Under the pieces are notes generated by a model. It did not search any database. It saw nothing but the letters and a program-made list of their open reading frames with translations, and was not told the DNA's origin. Positions 13,654 through 27,000 of a DNA stretch of 64,000 bases are shown piece by piece. Positions within the stretch are counted from its first letter, which is position 1. Each line of letters begins with the position of its first letter. Source of the stretch: Marsupella aquatica (taxonomy: Eukaryota > Plantae > Marchantiophyta); the NCBI GenBank assembly GCA_973895155.1, contig OZ316891.1:29616231-29680230 (forward strand), written 5' to 3'. Position numbers and translations under genes: made by a program.

Positions 13654-14853
13654 CTAAGCTTTAGCCTCAGGCTTGTAGCTAAGAGGCTCAAGAATCTTCT
13701 TAACTTCGGAGAGCTGCTCATCAGCCTTCTTAGCAGCCTTAAGACGGAGCTGAATGAGTTGCTTCTTTCTGTCGTAAAACACCTTCGATTTCTCCTTCCT
13801 CTTTACTTCCAATTCCTGTCACAAGAAAACGCCGATTCAGAGAGAGCGACATCGCAAAATCCAGGATCCAGGGTGATATGCTAACAAGAACAGGAAACCA
13901 AGGGAAAGTCCGGGAACTGGAGATAGAGGAGCAGTACCTTGATGGTATCATAATGATGCCATCCTACTTCGTGAGAAAGTTGCCCGAGGAGGCAAAATTT
14001 ATGACCGGGTTGAAGCCTCAAGACCCTGCAGGATCACAATTCATTCGGTTGGCAATGGGACAATCGAGGCATTTAAGGAGTCGAAATGTTAAGCCAGTCT
14101 GTCCAACATGAAAAATTGCAGGCAGTCGCACGAGAAGACGGGACAATAAAGCTAGTCCTGGGGTTCCTTGATTGGGTAGACCATTGTTCGTCGCAAGTAG
14201 CGTACAACATGAAATATCCAGGATGAGAGCACTTACTTGAGGGCATCGGGGATGACCATTCGCTTTTGCTTGTCATAAGGCTGTGGGATTCCCTCGTAAG
14301 CCTTCAAGCGCTCCAAGGCTGCAGCTCCACGCTTGGTTTTATGAGGAATCATCCTGAAACAGAGTGAGCGGTAAGGATCATTTCCAACAGTGCATATGGC
14401 GCATTACCGGCGAAGAAGAAAGAAACGACTCCTGCAATCTTCACTTTCGATAAGCTGCCACTTACCCCCTGATTGTCCTCCACAAAATGCGAGAAGGAGC
14501 GCGGAAGTGAATGGGACCCTTACTGGGCTTCGTGTTCATCCTCTTTGTCAAGAAACGCAAATACTTCATCTTTTGACGGACGAGTCCACCGGATAGGCAG
14601 ATCTCCTCAGTACGCACGACGACCTGCCCAGGTTCAAAAATGACACAGTATGAAACCCTAAAAAGTACTCTCACTGCCTACGAGGAAAACAACGGCGATC
14701 ATACAAGCTAGCAGCAGTAAGTCAATTTGCGAAGCTTACCACTCGCTGGCCATTGAGCAGCTCTTTCGCCAAAATGGACGCCAAGCGGCCCAGCATGTGG
14801 TGGCGAGCATCGACCACCACAACTTTAGCACATGCCCCTGACCCGGACACCAT
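13654..14853 (-). CDS. RPL13A: 60S ribosomal protein L13a (uL13)
   Basis: Starts [38 protein letters not shown]. Continues [98 protein letters not shown] and ends [15 protein letters not shown]. Five coding exons, plus a 5'UTR intron at 14905-15131. Confidence 0.97.
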
Positions 14854-15231
14854 CGTGCCGCCTTCTACCTCGACTTGGAGGTCCCTTCAATTCTCACCAC
14901 TGTCCTGCGAGCCGAAATAGGCCGACATCGACAAGATGAGAACCGAGAAACCAGAAGTGCAGAAATCAAAATCCAAACCAAAAGAATCACAAATCACGAC
15001 CAAAACCGAACCAAACGAAGAGGAAATAGAACGAAAGCGAAGATAAATCCAATCCACACCGAAGATCGAAACGTGCCGGGCGAGACGGAGAGAGATGCAA
15101 GCAGTGGCAGAGCAAGAGACGACGAGCTCACCTCGAGGAAAAGAAAGAGGAAGAGGAAGAATTCGACTCGAAAAGAGGGAGAGTCTCGAACAAAACGAAA
15201 CCTTCTTCGCCTCCATTCTCTCTCAAATGAG

Positions 15232-15299
15232 TATCGTCAGATCTGTGCGATCGTCGCCGCCCGTCTCGGAGATGCATCTCGATCGTTCATTCTAGGGCA
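15232..15299 (-). promoter_or_regulatory. RPL13a proximal promoter element (30-bp motif plus AGATCTGACGA box) shared with RPL21
   Basis: The reverse complement of 15270-15299 is identical to 17004-17033. AGATCTGACGA follows it in both promoters. Confidence 0.65.
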
Positions 15300-16549
15300 C
15301 CGTTTACTGTTATTTTACGTTTCTCGAAAACCTGGCTGTATTGAAAGGTTTGGAAACCATTTTACAGGGGCAAACTTACCCTGTTTAGCCCCGGCAAGGC
15401 CAAGTGAAATGTATACCTCCATGCTCTCTCTAATTAGTGTGGTCAGATCTGTGCGATCGTCACCGCCCGTCTTGAAATCCCAAAATTCTATTCTACGGCA
15501 CAAGCATCACTATATTAAAAAATTAGGGCACCATTTTGAGCTAAGTGGTGCTGTTAAGGGCTGATTGAAAACTAGGCAAAAGGAGATGAGAAAACAGGGA
15601 ATGCTCTAAATCCTAGTTTTGCACTCCCATGAAATTCAGATTTCATAATGATGTTTTCCTAAACGAATACATGACGCCTTAAGGTCATGACAATTAAATA
15701 TGATTTCAGCAACCTTAATTAAATGTTTTGCCCTTCCAGGGTCCCTTCTACTAGACTTTGGAACCACCTTTTTGTCACTTACACTATCCCCTAGATAGAT
15801 ATGTAAAGCACTGTAGATTTCCTACAATTCCAAGGCAATTTCTTGGTGATGCGTTGTAAATTGGATGATGGTGTAGGCTGAGAAGTTCACTTTGGGTAGA
15901 AAGGCCTGAAATCCTAAGTTGTTGGGGGCAAAGGGTACTAAATGAAAAATAGTTAAAAATTCTGGACCAACTGGGATACTATGGCAACAAATTACAAGAC
16001 GGTGTTCGAAAAAAACCCAAAAAACTTGTTAACATAGAAATTGTTTCTAAAAATTAGTGTTTGAAGAGACCAAAGAACTGAAATACTAAGTTTTCAGGAC
16101 TGAGCGAGAGAGGCCAGTAGACTTTGAGAATAGAATTTTCCAGCGTTGAGGGCAGCCCTGGATTGGGGTCAATACCCACTGAGTGGACACATCAAACCCA
16201 ACCCTCTGGACTTGGGTTGGACAGCCCTAATAGGCTAAAATGGGGTAATACCAAAGGAGAGCGTTGGACATTCCTGGGATTCTCCCAAGACTTACAGTCA
16301 TTACCATAGTGGTTCACCAAACACATTGAGACATGAGATGAAGCACAACTAGGTTAGGCTTGGCAAGCCTAACCAGCGCAAATCAATTATTTAACTTTTA
16401 ATGGATCCTATTGAAATGTTAGTTCTTTACTCTCATGGCAGTATCTCTCCTCCAAAACAATGTTCAAATTTTTGGGTGACAAGTTGATTAGTGGGGGACC
16501 TTAAACCCCACTGGCCCCGATGCCAAACCTGGTGGATCCCGATTACTAT

Positions 16550-16815
16550 AATAGATACAAAATGCTTTCAAAAAAGTAAAACTATCCCACTCCTTTGTCC
16601 TCCTTAACCTCATGGCCAAGTGGGCCATTTAAAGTCCATATACTAAGCCAGAGAAGTTTGGGTGTCAATAGGGAGTGTCACTAAAATAGATACAAAATGC
16701 TTTCAAAAAAGTAAAACTATTCCACTCCTCTGTCCTCCTTAACCTCATGGCCAAGTGGGCCGTTTAAAGTCCATATACTAAGCCAGAGAAGTTTGGGTGT
16801 TAATAGGGAGTGTCA
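16550..16815. repeat. Tandem duplication, 135-bp unit x2, in the RPL13a-RPL21 intergenic region
   Basis: aatagatacaaaatgctttcaaaaaagtaaaactat...aatagggagtgtca starts at 16550 and 16685. Confidence 0.92.
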
Positions 16816-17003
16816 AAGCATAGCTACAACTCAATTAAGACTCAGGATATAAAAAGCTGGTATGGCCAGGACAAAATCACTATGAGCTACTGTAGCTACT
16901 AACTTTGACACGCACTAATGTTTGGGAGATGGAATGATCCGATTGGTTAATGCGGAACTTCCCAAATAACATGATTCTTCTTCATTCATACGTGACAAAT
17001 TGA

Positions 17004-17069
17004 TGCCCTAGAATGAACGATCGAGATGCATCTGCGGAGGTATAGATCTGACGACGTAGAGTAGGGTTT
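17004..17069 (+). promoter_or_regulatory. RPL21 proximal promoter: shared 30-bp motif, AGATCTGACGA box and telo-box-like TAGGGTTT
   Basis: tgccctagaatgaacgatcgagatgcatct at 17004-17033, agatctgacga at 17044-17054 and tagggttt at 17062-17069. All lie just upstream of a CT-rich first exon. Confidence 0.65.
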
Positions 17070-17490
17070 CCTTGGGGACGGGAGGCGAGCAGCGAAGTCG
17101 TTCTTCCTGCTCGAGTCTCACTCCTCTCGACTTTCTCTCTCTTTCGAGTTCAATTCGTCAGCTCGACCTCGAGCTCTCTGTTCCGCAGGTGAGCTCCTAT
17201 CCTTCCGTCCCTTTTCTCATCTCGTGAGCTCTCGGTAGACTCAGTTGGGTCTTTCTCTGCACGCTGTTCCGGTTCTCGTCACCAATTTGTGGTGAGCTTT
17301 GTATATTTTTCCGTTTGCAATCACCCACTCTCGGTAGGGTTTCCTGATTCCTCTCTGTTCTCAGCGCGATCTGTTTGCGTCTCTCTTGTTTCGTTCGGTT
17401 CTCGTCACTGCCTGTGCTCGAGTCGTATGATTGTCTCGGTTCTTAGGACGTGTTGGGTTCCTTTGGTTCGCAGGAAAGCAGTGAGGAGCG

Positions 17491-18174
17491 ATGCCGGCAG
17501 GTCATGGTTTGCGATCGCGGACGAGAGACTTGTTCTCTCGCCCATTCAGGCATAAGGGTTATATCCACCTTACCACTTATCTGAGAAACTTTAAGATCGG
17601 TGATTATGTCGATATCAAGGTTAACGGAGCTGTTCACAAGGGTATGCCCCACAAGTTCTACCACGGACGAACTGGCATCGTGTGGAACGTCACGAAGCGT
17701 GCCGTCGGTGTTATCATGAATAAGCAGGTATAGATGAATCATTCTTGGGGTTGTTGTCCGTGTACTTGATTGCCCAGTGTTTGGTAGCTTGCATCTATTG
17801 TAGGGTTCTTCCATCAAAACAGCGATGGCTTTCTACAGGCAGGAAGCTGTGTTTTATCCAGGTTGCCATGTGCAAACAGTTGTTCTCACTTTTCTCCTCA
17901 CTCGAATTGATAGGTCAACGGTAGGATCATCCGCAAGCGTATCCATGTACGCATTGAGCATGTTCAACCGTCTCGTTGCCGGGAGGAGTTCCTCAACAGG
18001 GTAAAGCGCAACGGGGAGTTAAAATCGGAAGCGAAGGCGAAGGGTGAGAAGTTCATCGCGAAGAGGCAACCAGAGGGTCCTAAACCCGGGTTCTTGATAG
18101 CAGAGAGTGCTGTCTTGGAGACAGTGACGCCCATTCCCTACGATGTCGTTAACGACCTCAAGGGAGGATATTAA
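17491..18174 (+). CDS. RPL21: 60S ribosomal protein L21 (eL21)
   Basis: Exon 17491-17727 reads [23 protein letters not shown]...[13 protein letters not shown]. Exon 17914-18174 reads [22 protein letters not shown]...[15 protein letters not shown] 5'UTR intron lies at 17189-17473. Confidence 0.98.
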
Positions 18175-20101
18175 GAGGTTTAATGGGATGTCTCAGTCAC
18201 ACGGACATTTTTGGATAGGGTTTATAATTCGGAATATAACTGAAGGTTCTACTGTGTCCTGGACTCTCACAAATGAATCTCTGTTTTCCCATTGATACTC
18301 ATCTATTGAGTCAAGGTGCTGGTGCTGTTCCTCTCGCCCTCGCCTACCTGAAGTTGTTCGTCCTTTTAGTGTTTGATCAGAAGTTGAGCAGTGAAATTTT
18401 GCATATTGTGCGCCAAGGTTATTGTTGCACAGATTACGCTGTCGATGTGTGTTTTTTGTGTAAGACTTTGTTTCTATTGTTTCAAGCCTTACTGTATAAG
18501 TCGTGATGGAAAGGTTTGGGCCTTTCATTTGTATTGTGTAGTTGTGACCTTTTCAAACGTCCTTTCCGTGCGGGGATAATCTTGCTATACCTTCGCCAGC
18601 ATGTCACTCTTTGTAGTGAAGTGTCTACAACATTTCTAGTTTCGCCGTTTAGTAAACTAGACATGAGCTCAGTCCTCAACCCTTCAATTTGCCCTGAAAA
18701 TTCATGGAAAGTCCCCGTAGAAGAAGGCGCAATTTTTTAAGGATTGGTACCGTCAGTGATATCGGCTGGCTAGGATTATGGAATTGGACCTGACTGGGCC
18801 TCATTGAGCCTCTTCCACTGCATTCAGCATTGCTAAGTGAAGTGTTAAATGTCTTGGGACTTTCAAATGGCATGACAAAACAGTCGTTTAGGTGAAGTGT
18901 GCGTCTTATGAGTAGCAGGTTTGCGGAAATAAACGAAGTTCACTTGTGAATGACCTTGGATCAACCTCTTTGTTTCTACTGTAATTGTAAATTAATTTGA
19001 TAGTCCTCGAATAGAGAACCTGCCACAGACCGGGATATGTATAAACTAGTGAGACGGAGAATCGTCTTTGTTGAATTGTCTGCAACAATGAGGCCGTCTA
19101 TAGCAATTGCAATATGCAGGAATGGATAAACATGAAAGGACGTCGGGTCCTTGTTAACCTTCAGCGATCAGTACAGAGATGATTTTCAGTGTCCGGCAGA
19201 TGCGGAAAGGAGTGAAGATCAGGGTTCTTACATGGCCATTGTATTGAATACCTTATATCATTACCATTTCCACTTCAAACCTTGAACCATGATAAGAAGT
19301 CGAAACATAAAACACACAATTCCCTCCAGTCCTTCCTAATATGCATTCACAAACAACAGGATGTACCGTTTACTGAGATTATCTCAGGTGAAGCGTCCTT
19401 CCAGCCCTCCATAGTATCCCCTCACCTAATAGAGAAGTAGCTATGTCTACGACCAATATGGCACATTCGCACCTGCCTTGTTGGAAGTACAGGGTAGAAA
19501 AACGAATAAATCGACTTCAAATCTCGCTAAACACTGCATCGAATGTAAACGAAGCACGTAGATAGTTTCGAGGGCCGCCCACCGCTACGTAAGAGTCACT
19601 AATGGGGAATTATTAACTTTCGGCAAGGGTTATTTATGGGGAATTTCTCTATTCATACTAGGGACAAATATGGGTCTCGGTAACTGCACATCAAAATATG
19701 ACAAATATGATGTATGACACCCTTGCATACCGTGATAACCTTAGTTTTTTGTAGTTTTTTTCTTTCAATCAATGAATGCATTTTGATGTGTGATTACCAG
19801 CAGGGGACAAATACGAGAGTCCCCTTTTGGGATTTCACTTGTCCATGGGCTCGTGCCACACATTCATAGACATATATCTTCGCGCATATATATATCTCAG
19901 TGACCTGTACATGCTGGGGAACCATAACCTGGCGGCCCTCTAGCCTTGTATTGTTAACCATTGACAGAAAAGCAATGCCGACTGAAGACCAACTACCAGC
20001 AAGGAGCGACATCCACCAATCTTAGTTTACTCTAGATAGAAATTAAGCTGACCAAACAATCCTCACCTAGTCCTAACCAAATCTGTTCAGTAATCGATAT
20101 G

Positions 20102-22735
20102 TCATGAAGCCTTGGCCTTGTCCTTCTTTGGAGCTCCATTTGTTGAGTAATAAACTATCTGGGACACAATGACGCCGTTGGTAATGAATCCAAGTACACT
20201 TCCCATTAGCACTGAAGCAATGTTAAGGATGCCAAAAAACTACAGTGAGTTCCTCTGTCAAGGTGTGTTGGATTTCCCTCAGTGCTATTGAAATTCGCAC
20301 ATTTTCACTTCAGAGCAAGTCAGATATACATTCTTCATTATGCCCAACGTGTTTAGCTACAGGAACTGTACGGCATAAATGCAAGGATCGTTATTGCCTT
20401 AAAAGATTCACATGAAAAGGTCGTGTGAAATAGAAACAGAGGATTCAGAGAGATTGAAAGGATACTGAGACGAGGAGCTCCCTCTTGTACCAGTGTCAAT
20501 AACCGCACTGAACGATATGACATATGACACGAAGACGTCAGAATATCTAAGAACAGCTAAAAGAATTAGTAAACCTGCGGCAAATTTGGTATTTCAAGCA
20601 GCAGAATGATTGTTCAGAACTACAGTACCATAAAATACTACGACAATTACCTGCACCGCCAGCGAAAGACATAAAGTTGGTGAGGAAGCTCAGTTGACCT
20701 GTGTTCTTTGTCTGCAGTAGTCCAATCACCACATCCGATGAGAAGCGGCATTTGTACTGAGGCACCTCTATCCACAGATACTAAAACAACTTCCTCGGCT
20801 ATAATTGCGATGGTCAAATTTGTGGCAATACTGCTCACTTACCTTGTAATTTTGAGATATCTGCGGTACCCTGGCAAAGATCAGCACAGCATGCTGACTA
20901 GCCTGTAAGATGAGAAGCCAAATTTGATCAGCAAACAGGTTTTTCGCAGTGTAATCACATGGTAGAGAATGCTGTTTAGTTGGGCTTCAGCAAATAAACT
21001 TCCAAGAAAGCCAACCTATTCGGGTTATTTACTTAACTGCGGCTCTCCTTCACGACCTTTCTTGTATAAAAGTAATGAAACGCCTACTTACCTCGACAAT
21101 ACTTATGAGCGAACAGAAGTCCTAGAAACTACAAGTAACAAAAATTCTCCAGTTCTCGAGTACTGTTCTTAAGCGCCCATAAGCTAGACAAAGACCAGAA
21201 GCAACTAGAGACCCTAGACAACGTGCCACACTGCTTAAGCCAAATTCACTTGTCCCCCTTCCTCACGTCAAAGAGTTTAAGAGAGAAACGTTCGGGAAAT
21301 CGTCCGACCACAGCTGTGCGGAAGTGAATGGAAGACCTTACATATAAAGTTTCAAATAAAGACTCATTAATATTTCCAGCCAGCAGTTGCGGCGTTATTG
21401 CACAGTACCTGTTAAGAGTTTGTCAAAGAGCCACAAAAATGTCCAGATGTTCGAACCAGAAACTGATGGTGATTTCCTAGGAAGCCACAAATTGCATTTC
21501 ACAATACAAAGACAGACATGCTAATTATGATAATTTATCTCTCCATTTCACGTTTTGAAAGGATACGCTGCAGTTTTGAGCCAAGTAAGAGGTCCCAGGT
21601 TCGATGAATAGTAATAAATCAAAACAACAATAACAATTCCTGCACGGAAAATATGCCCAGAGGAACATACATAAACGACGGTCAGTGCCCCAACATAGTC
21701 TGACCTACTATCACAATTCAACAATGGTGTGCTTCATACTGGATGTCTACATCTACATCAGTTCATATCTAGATTACTGGATGGAATGGAACAAGTGGCT
21801 TGGTAGGTGTACCACAGACTTGGCGAACCAAGAAGAAAGTACAGACATGAAAAAGAAGACACCTACCTTGTAAAAGCAGAAAAACTAGCTCTCCAAAAGC
21901 AGAAAAAGGAAGCTGCTTCCATAAGCAATATGCCAGAGCAATTGTGAAGCCCACCACCTCCAGCTCAAACGATGACACACTCAAGCCCTTGATACTCTTA
22001 TTCTTTAGGATGAGGATGATCTGAAATGACAGGAAGAAACAGTGACTAATCAAAGCAAGGAGAGAATTGGATTGTCCAAATTACATTACATTATCTTAGC
22101 TTGAGAAAACCATCCCGGGAATGGAATCCAGTACTTAAGGATTCACAGCAAGAACCTGTTCATGAGGTCTAAGAGATGAATTCCCCGACTGATTCATTCA
22201 ACAGGAAGGTAGAGAATACACTCAACCAAGTTCAGATTGAGCAGAGCAGGGTTCAGAATTTCCATGAACCTTACAAAGAAGAGCCTAGACGTGTAGCAGT
22301 CATAAATCCAACTTCTGCTTTCTATGCACTGCCGTGCAATGAAGTCGATCAATGGAACTTTGGAATATATGACCAAATTCACTAGGAGGATGTTGCACAC
22401 TAGTCCATGCCTCTACCCATACGACCCTAATTATGAAAACTCATTGAACATAGAACTATCTGGACGAGTCACGCAGAGAAATAAAGGATAAGAGAATTGT
22501 GATCGGGGCTATTTTCCCGTACAAACCCGACCTCATCAGGACACCGTGAAACGAAATCAAACATTGATTTGAAAGTTACCTGAGGAAGCTTCACAATACT
22601 GGCCCCGGCCACGATGACATAACCCAAGATCTTCGACAGAAGTGGAAAGAGGCAGTCATGGGAGGACGGGAGCTCATATCGCTGCAGGGAGTCCACCATG
22701 CACGTGAAATTCATCCCTAAAAATCCCTTCTCCAT
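20102..22735 (-). CDS. MPDU1: Mannose-P-dolichol utilization defect 1 (MPDU1/Lec35) PQ-loop protein
   Basis: Exons read MEKGFLGMNFTC...LSKILGYVIVAGASIVKLPQ, IILILKNKSIKGLSVSSFELEVVGFTIALAYC...PFSAFGELVFLLLQ, TKNTGQLSFLTNFMSFAGGA and LMGSVLGFITNGVIVSQIVYY...KKDKAKAS*. The layout is that of a two-repeat PQ-loop protein. Confidence 0.92.
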
Positions 22736-23507
22736 CCTCGTCGCCCTTGCATCCACCAGGAAACCCTTTCCTTCCTTCTGGCTGAAACTCACCGAGGCAG
22801 GAATGGGGAGTGAGCACTATCAACAGATTCGCAAATCTTCCCACCTCCAGAAAAACGATTTGTGCCACGATGCCAATCACGAAATTCCGCAGCGACGTGT
22901 GAATCATCCGAACTCCAAGGAAAACGAATTCTGCCACGATGGCAGAAACCCAAAATCGAACCCAATTCCCTCACAAAAGCGTTGACGTCTGTCGTTACGT
23001 AAGCCCTTGTTCTCTGGGAGAAATCGTCGGGATAGGTCTTAATTTGTAATTTGAAGGTTCTTAATTTATAATTCTTTTTAGTGTTAGCATCTAACTAGGG
23101 TGAATGTGAAATATAAACACTATAGTATTCAGTTTAATTGGATCCTCCTCGTGCTCTTTATGAGCTGTCATTCTTGGATTCCCTGGGTTTTACTATGGTG
23201 ATTTAAGTGTAGTGGTTTACTGCATAAGCATTTGGGCAAATCCAGATCTGCCACGTCACCAATATGCATCTCTTCATGGTGCATGTACTGGTTTAGTCCA
23301 TAAGAATTTGTTCAAATTATAATCTGCCACATCTAATAATGGTACAGAAATTGTCAAAGGCATTCATACTTTAGCAAATTGCTGGCATGTGCCAGGGTGG
23401 TACAATCATGAGTGTGAGATGGTAGAAGTTCAGTTTCCACTTTGAGCCAGAGCATAGATGGCCTGTTTCTGCCAGACGTAAACTGCAATTGTCTTGGGGG
23501 GGGGGGG

Positions 23508-23839
23508 TGTTGAACTTTAACGTCTTTCGCAACGACCATATAACTATGACTCATTCCATGCACACATAGTCGACACAATCTCTACGTGGTTCACCTCTTC
23601 TCCAAGGCTACGTCCACACAAACACTCAAGCTTTACTTCAAGAGTGGACGAACACACATGCTCTCCCTCTTCCTCAAGTTGCTTCGTTACAATGAGTAAG
23701 CACCACACATGAGCGGCTTACACTAGCCCTGGTATATACAAGGTCACACACGACTAACCTAACCTCAACTAAGACCCTAACTATGATTAGCCTAAGTGCC
23801 GTAACCCTTGAGTCACAAGACTAAGAGCAATCATTAACA
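23508..23839 (-). repeat. 3' LTR of copia element
   Basis: tgttgaactttaacg...gagcaatcattaaca, with about 10 substitutions against the other LTR by my count. Confidence 0.95.
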
Positions 23840-24043
23840 AACTCCCCCTTGACTCTAGTCTTGGGGACTGCAATTTCTGCTATCCATATGAGATACTCAG
23901 CGAGAAATTCTAGACAATCACCTAAAACCATAGGTGTCCCCCTAAAAACTATTTAAGGTTAACTAAGGGTTAACTAGAATTAAGTCATAGCCATAACAGG
24001 ATTGAGTAACCCATATACAAAAATTACATATTGTTAAGTTACT

Positions 24044-27000
24044 CTACTTGTGCTGCAAATGCAAAACTTGCAAAGTAGCACGGTGTCTTGAGTAACTCTC
24101 CAAAGGAATCACTTTGGTAAAAGCATCAGCTGGGTTGAGCTTTCCATCAATCTTGACTAGCTCAAACATTTTATCAAACACTGCTTGCCTAATAAAATGG
24201 TACCTGATGTCAATATGTTTCACCCTGCTATCCATAACCTGGTTAATAGCTAGGTGAAGCGCACTTTGGCTATCACAATGAAGAGCCATTTTTCCATGCT
24301 CCAATCCCATCTCAATGACCAGCTTATCCAACCAAATTGCTTCCTTTGCTGCTTCTATTGCTGCAACATATTCTGCTTCTGTAGTAGACTGAGATACACA
24401 CTTTTGCAAGGTAGATCTCCAACTTATGAATCCTCCTCCAAGAGTAAACACATACCTAGTCGTTGACCTCCTTGTTTCCAGACAGCCTCCGTAATCAGAA
24501 TCTACATAGCCAACCAAAGATTTGGTTTTGTTTGATCTACTATCAAACAACAGACCATAGTCCATTGTGCCCTTAAGATACCTGAGAATCCATTTCACAG
24601 CCTCCTAATGTACCTTCCCTGGATTTGACATAAATCTACTCACTTTGCCCATTGCTAGGGCTATATCAGGCCTGGTACATGTCATCAAATACATTAGACT
24701 GTCCACTGCCTTCTCATAAGGAACCTTAGTCATCAAGCCTCTCTCCACTGGATCCGTGGGGCAGAAAACCGATGATAACTTGAAATGTGGAGCCAAAGGA
24801 ATACTTACTAGCTTACAATTTTCCATGTTGAATCTTGCAAGTACCTTTTCAACATACTTGCCTTGATTCAGCCACAACTGTCCAGTTTCAAAGTTCCTCG
24901 TAATCTCCATACCTAAGATCCTCTTGGCTTTCCCAAGATCCTTCATTCGGAATTCAGGACTCAATTTTGCTTTGAGTTTGTCAACCTCAATTTGATCCTT
25001 AGCCGCAATCAATATGTCATCCACATAGAGCACTAGAATGAGCAAACCAAACACACCATTCTTGACTGATTTCGTATACACACAAGGGTCATACACCATC
25101 CTAGTGAATCCTTGTGCAAGCATGAAATCATCAAACCGCTTGTTCCACTGTCGAGGAGCTTGCTTCAATCCATACAAGGACTTAAGTAACCTGCAAACTA
25201 AACTCTCTTGACCCTTCTTCACAAAGCCCAGTGGTTGCCTCATGAAAATTTATTCTTCCAAGGTGCCATAGAGAAAAGCAGTAACAACATCCATTTGATC
25301 TAACACCAGATCAAAAAACACAACAAGTTGACACAAAATTTGTATCGTGGAATACTTGGCAACTAGAGAGAAGACCTCATTGTAATCCACTCCCTTCTCC
25401 TTAGTGAATCCCTTGGCAAGCCTTGACTTGTATATCTTGTCTCCTTCATCTGAAGAGTTGTCCTTCAGTTTATAAATCCACTTGCTATCCACCACTTGTT
25501 GATCACTTGGCAGCTAGCTGCACCAACTCCCATGTTTTGTTGTCACTTAGAGATTGCAACTCCCTCTGCATTGCTGCATTCCATTCATTTTTCTCGTTTG
25601 AAATGCTTGCCTCATGAAATGAAGACGATTCTCCTTCTTCCAAGATCAGTGCTTTGTCATCATCATCAGGTGCAATGTCAGCATCATCTAACCTTGATGA
25701 ATCTGTCCATTGTCCATACCTTGTAGGAGCTCGAGTAGTTCGCCTTGATTTTCTAGCTGATGATTTTGGCTGATCTTGCTCTGTTGGTTGATTTTGAGGT
25801 ATTCCAACAACAACTTGCTCCTCTTGTTCCATCACTGGAACCAGCTCCATTATCGAAGCACCTCATTCAATTATGTCATAAAAACCCTCATGACCAATCT
25901 CCCCCTCAACATGGTCCAGGATAGGAGATTTACCTTTGTCAGTACGGGAAGTCTGAGCATTCTCCCTCTCCTTTGATGATCAGGATTCATTAAAGGATAC
26001 ATCTCTACTGACAAACAACGTGGAAACTGCTGGATCCCATAGCCTATAACCTTTCACATCCTTTTGATAACCAAGAAAAATACACTTCTTGAAAGTTGGA
26101 TCCGAGGTTGGATGTAGTTTAGATCAATTTTGCTTAGGTGTGAGAGCATATGCATCACTTCCAAAGACTCTCAAAACGTGATAGTCTGCTTGCCGTCCAT
26201 ACCTAATTTCAAACGGCGTCTTGAAATTGATTGCACTTGAAGGAGAAAGATTTACCAAATTAGAAGTTGCCGTATTTACAGCTTCAGCCCATAATTCATG
26301 TAGTAAACCTGATTGACTCAACATACTCCTCGATCGTTCCAATAGTGTTCGGTTCAGCCGCTCAGAAATACCATTCTGTTGAGGAGTATAAACTGTCGTG
26401 AGATGACAAGTAATCCCTTGCTCTGCACAATACTGTTCAAATTCACTTGAACCATACTCCCCGCTGTTACTGATTGTAGATATCTCACCTTGGATCCAGT
26501 CTGATTCTCAATTTGGGCTTTCCACTTCGTAAAAGTGTCAAAAACCTCAGACTTGGCGTGTAGAAATGTGATCCATACATATCTTGAGTAATCATCAATG
26601 AACGTGACATAGTATAATTTTCCAGAAAGTGAGGGAATGGGGGCTGGACCCCACACATCACTATGTACATACTCAAGTATAGTTTTGGTGTTGTGAGTTC
26701 CAACACCAAAGGTTTTCCTATACTGCTTCCCAAACACACAATGTTCACAAAAGTCTAACTTAGATGATTCCAAATTAGAAATAAGTCATTTTCTATAAAG
26801 GACCGCCAAACCTTTTTCACTCATGTGTCCCAATCTACAATGCCACAATCGAGTCATGTCTTCCTAAGTTCTGGTTACATTGGCTTCGTCCTTGATTACG
26901 TTGCCCTCCAATAAATAGAGATTATTGTGTCGCTTATCCTTTAGGACAACTTTGCCTTTCATTAACACTTGAAGTACACCATTAGCAGAACTCCACTGAT

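Noticed and set aside
13800-14740. Intronic snoRNAs in RPL13a, as in the vertebrate gene
   Set aside because: I saw no convincing C box/D box pair with a terminal stem by eye. An Infernal or snoscan search would be needed.
14875-15564. 229-aa Arg/Lys-rich ORF on +
   Set aside because: It is antisense to the CT-rich RPL13a leader and promoter. The composition reflects the purine-rich strand and no domain is recognisable.
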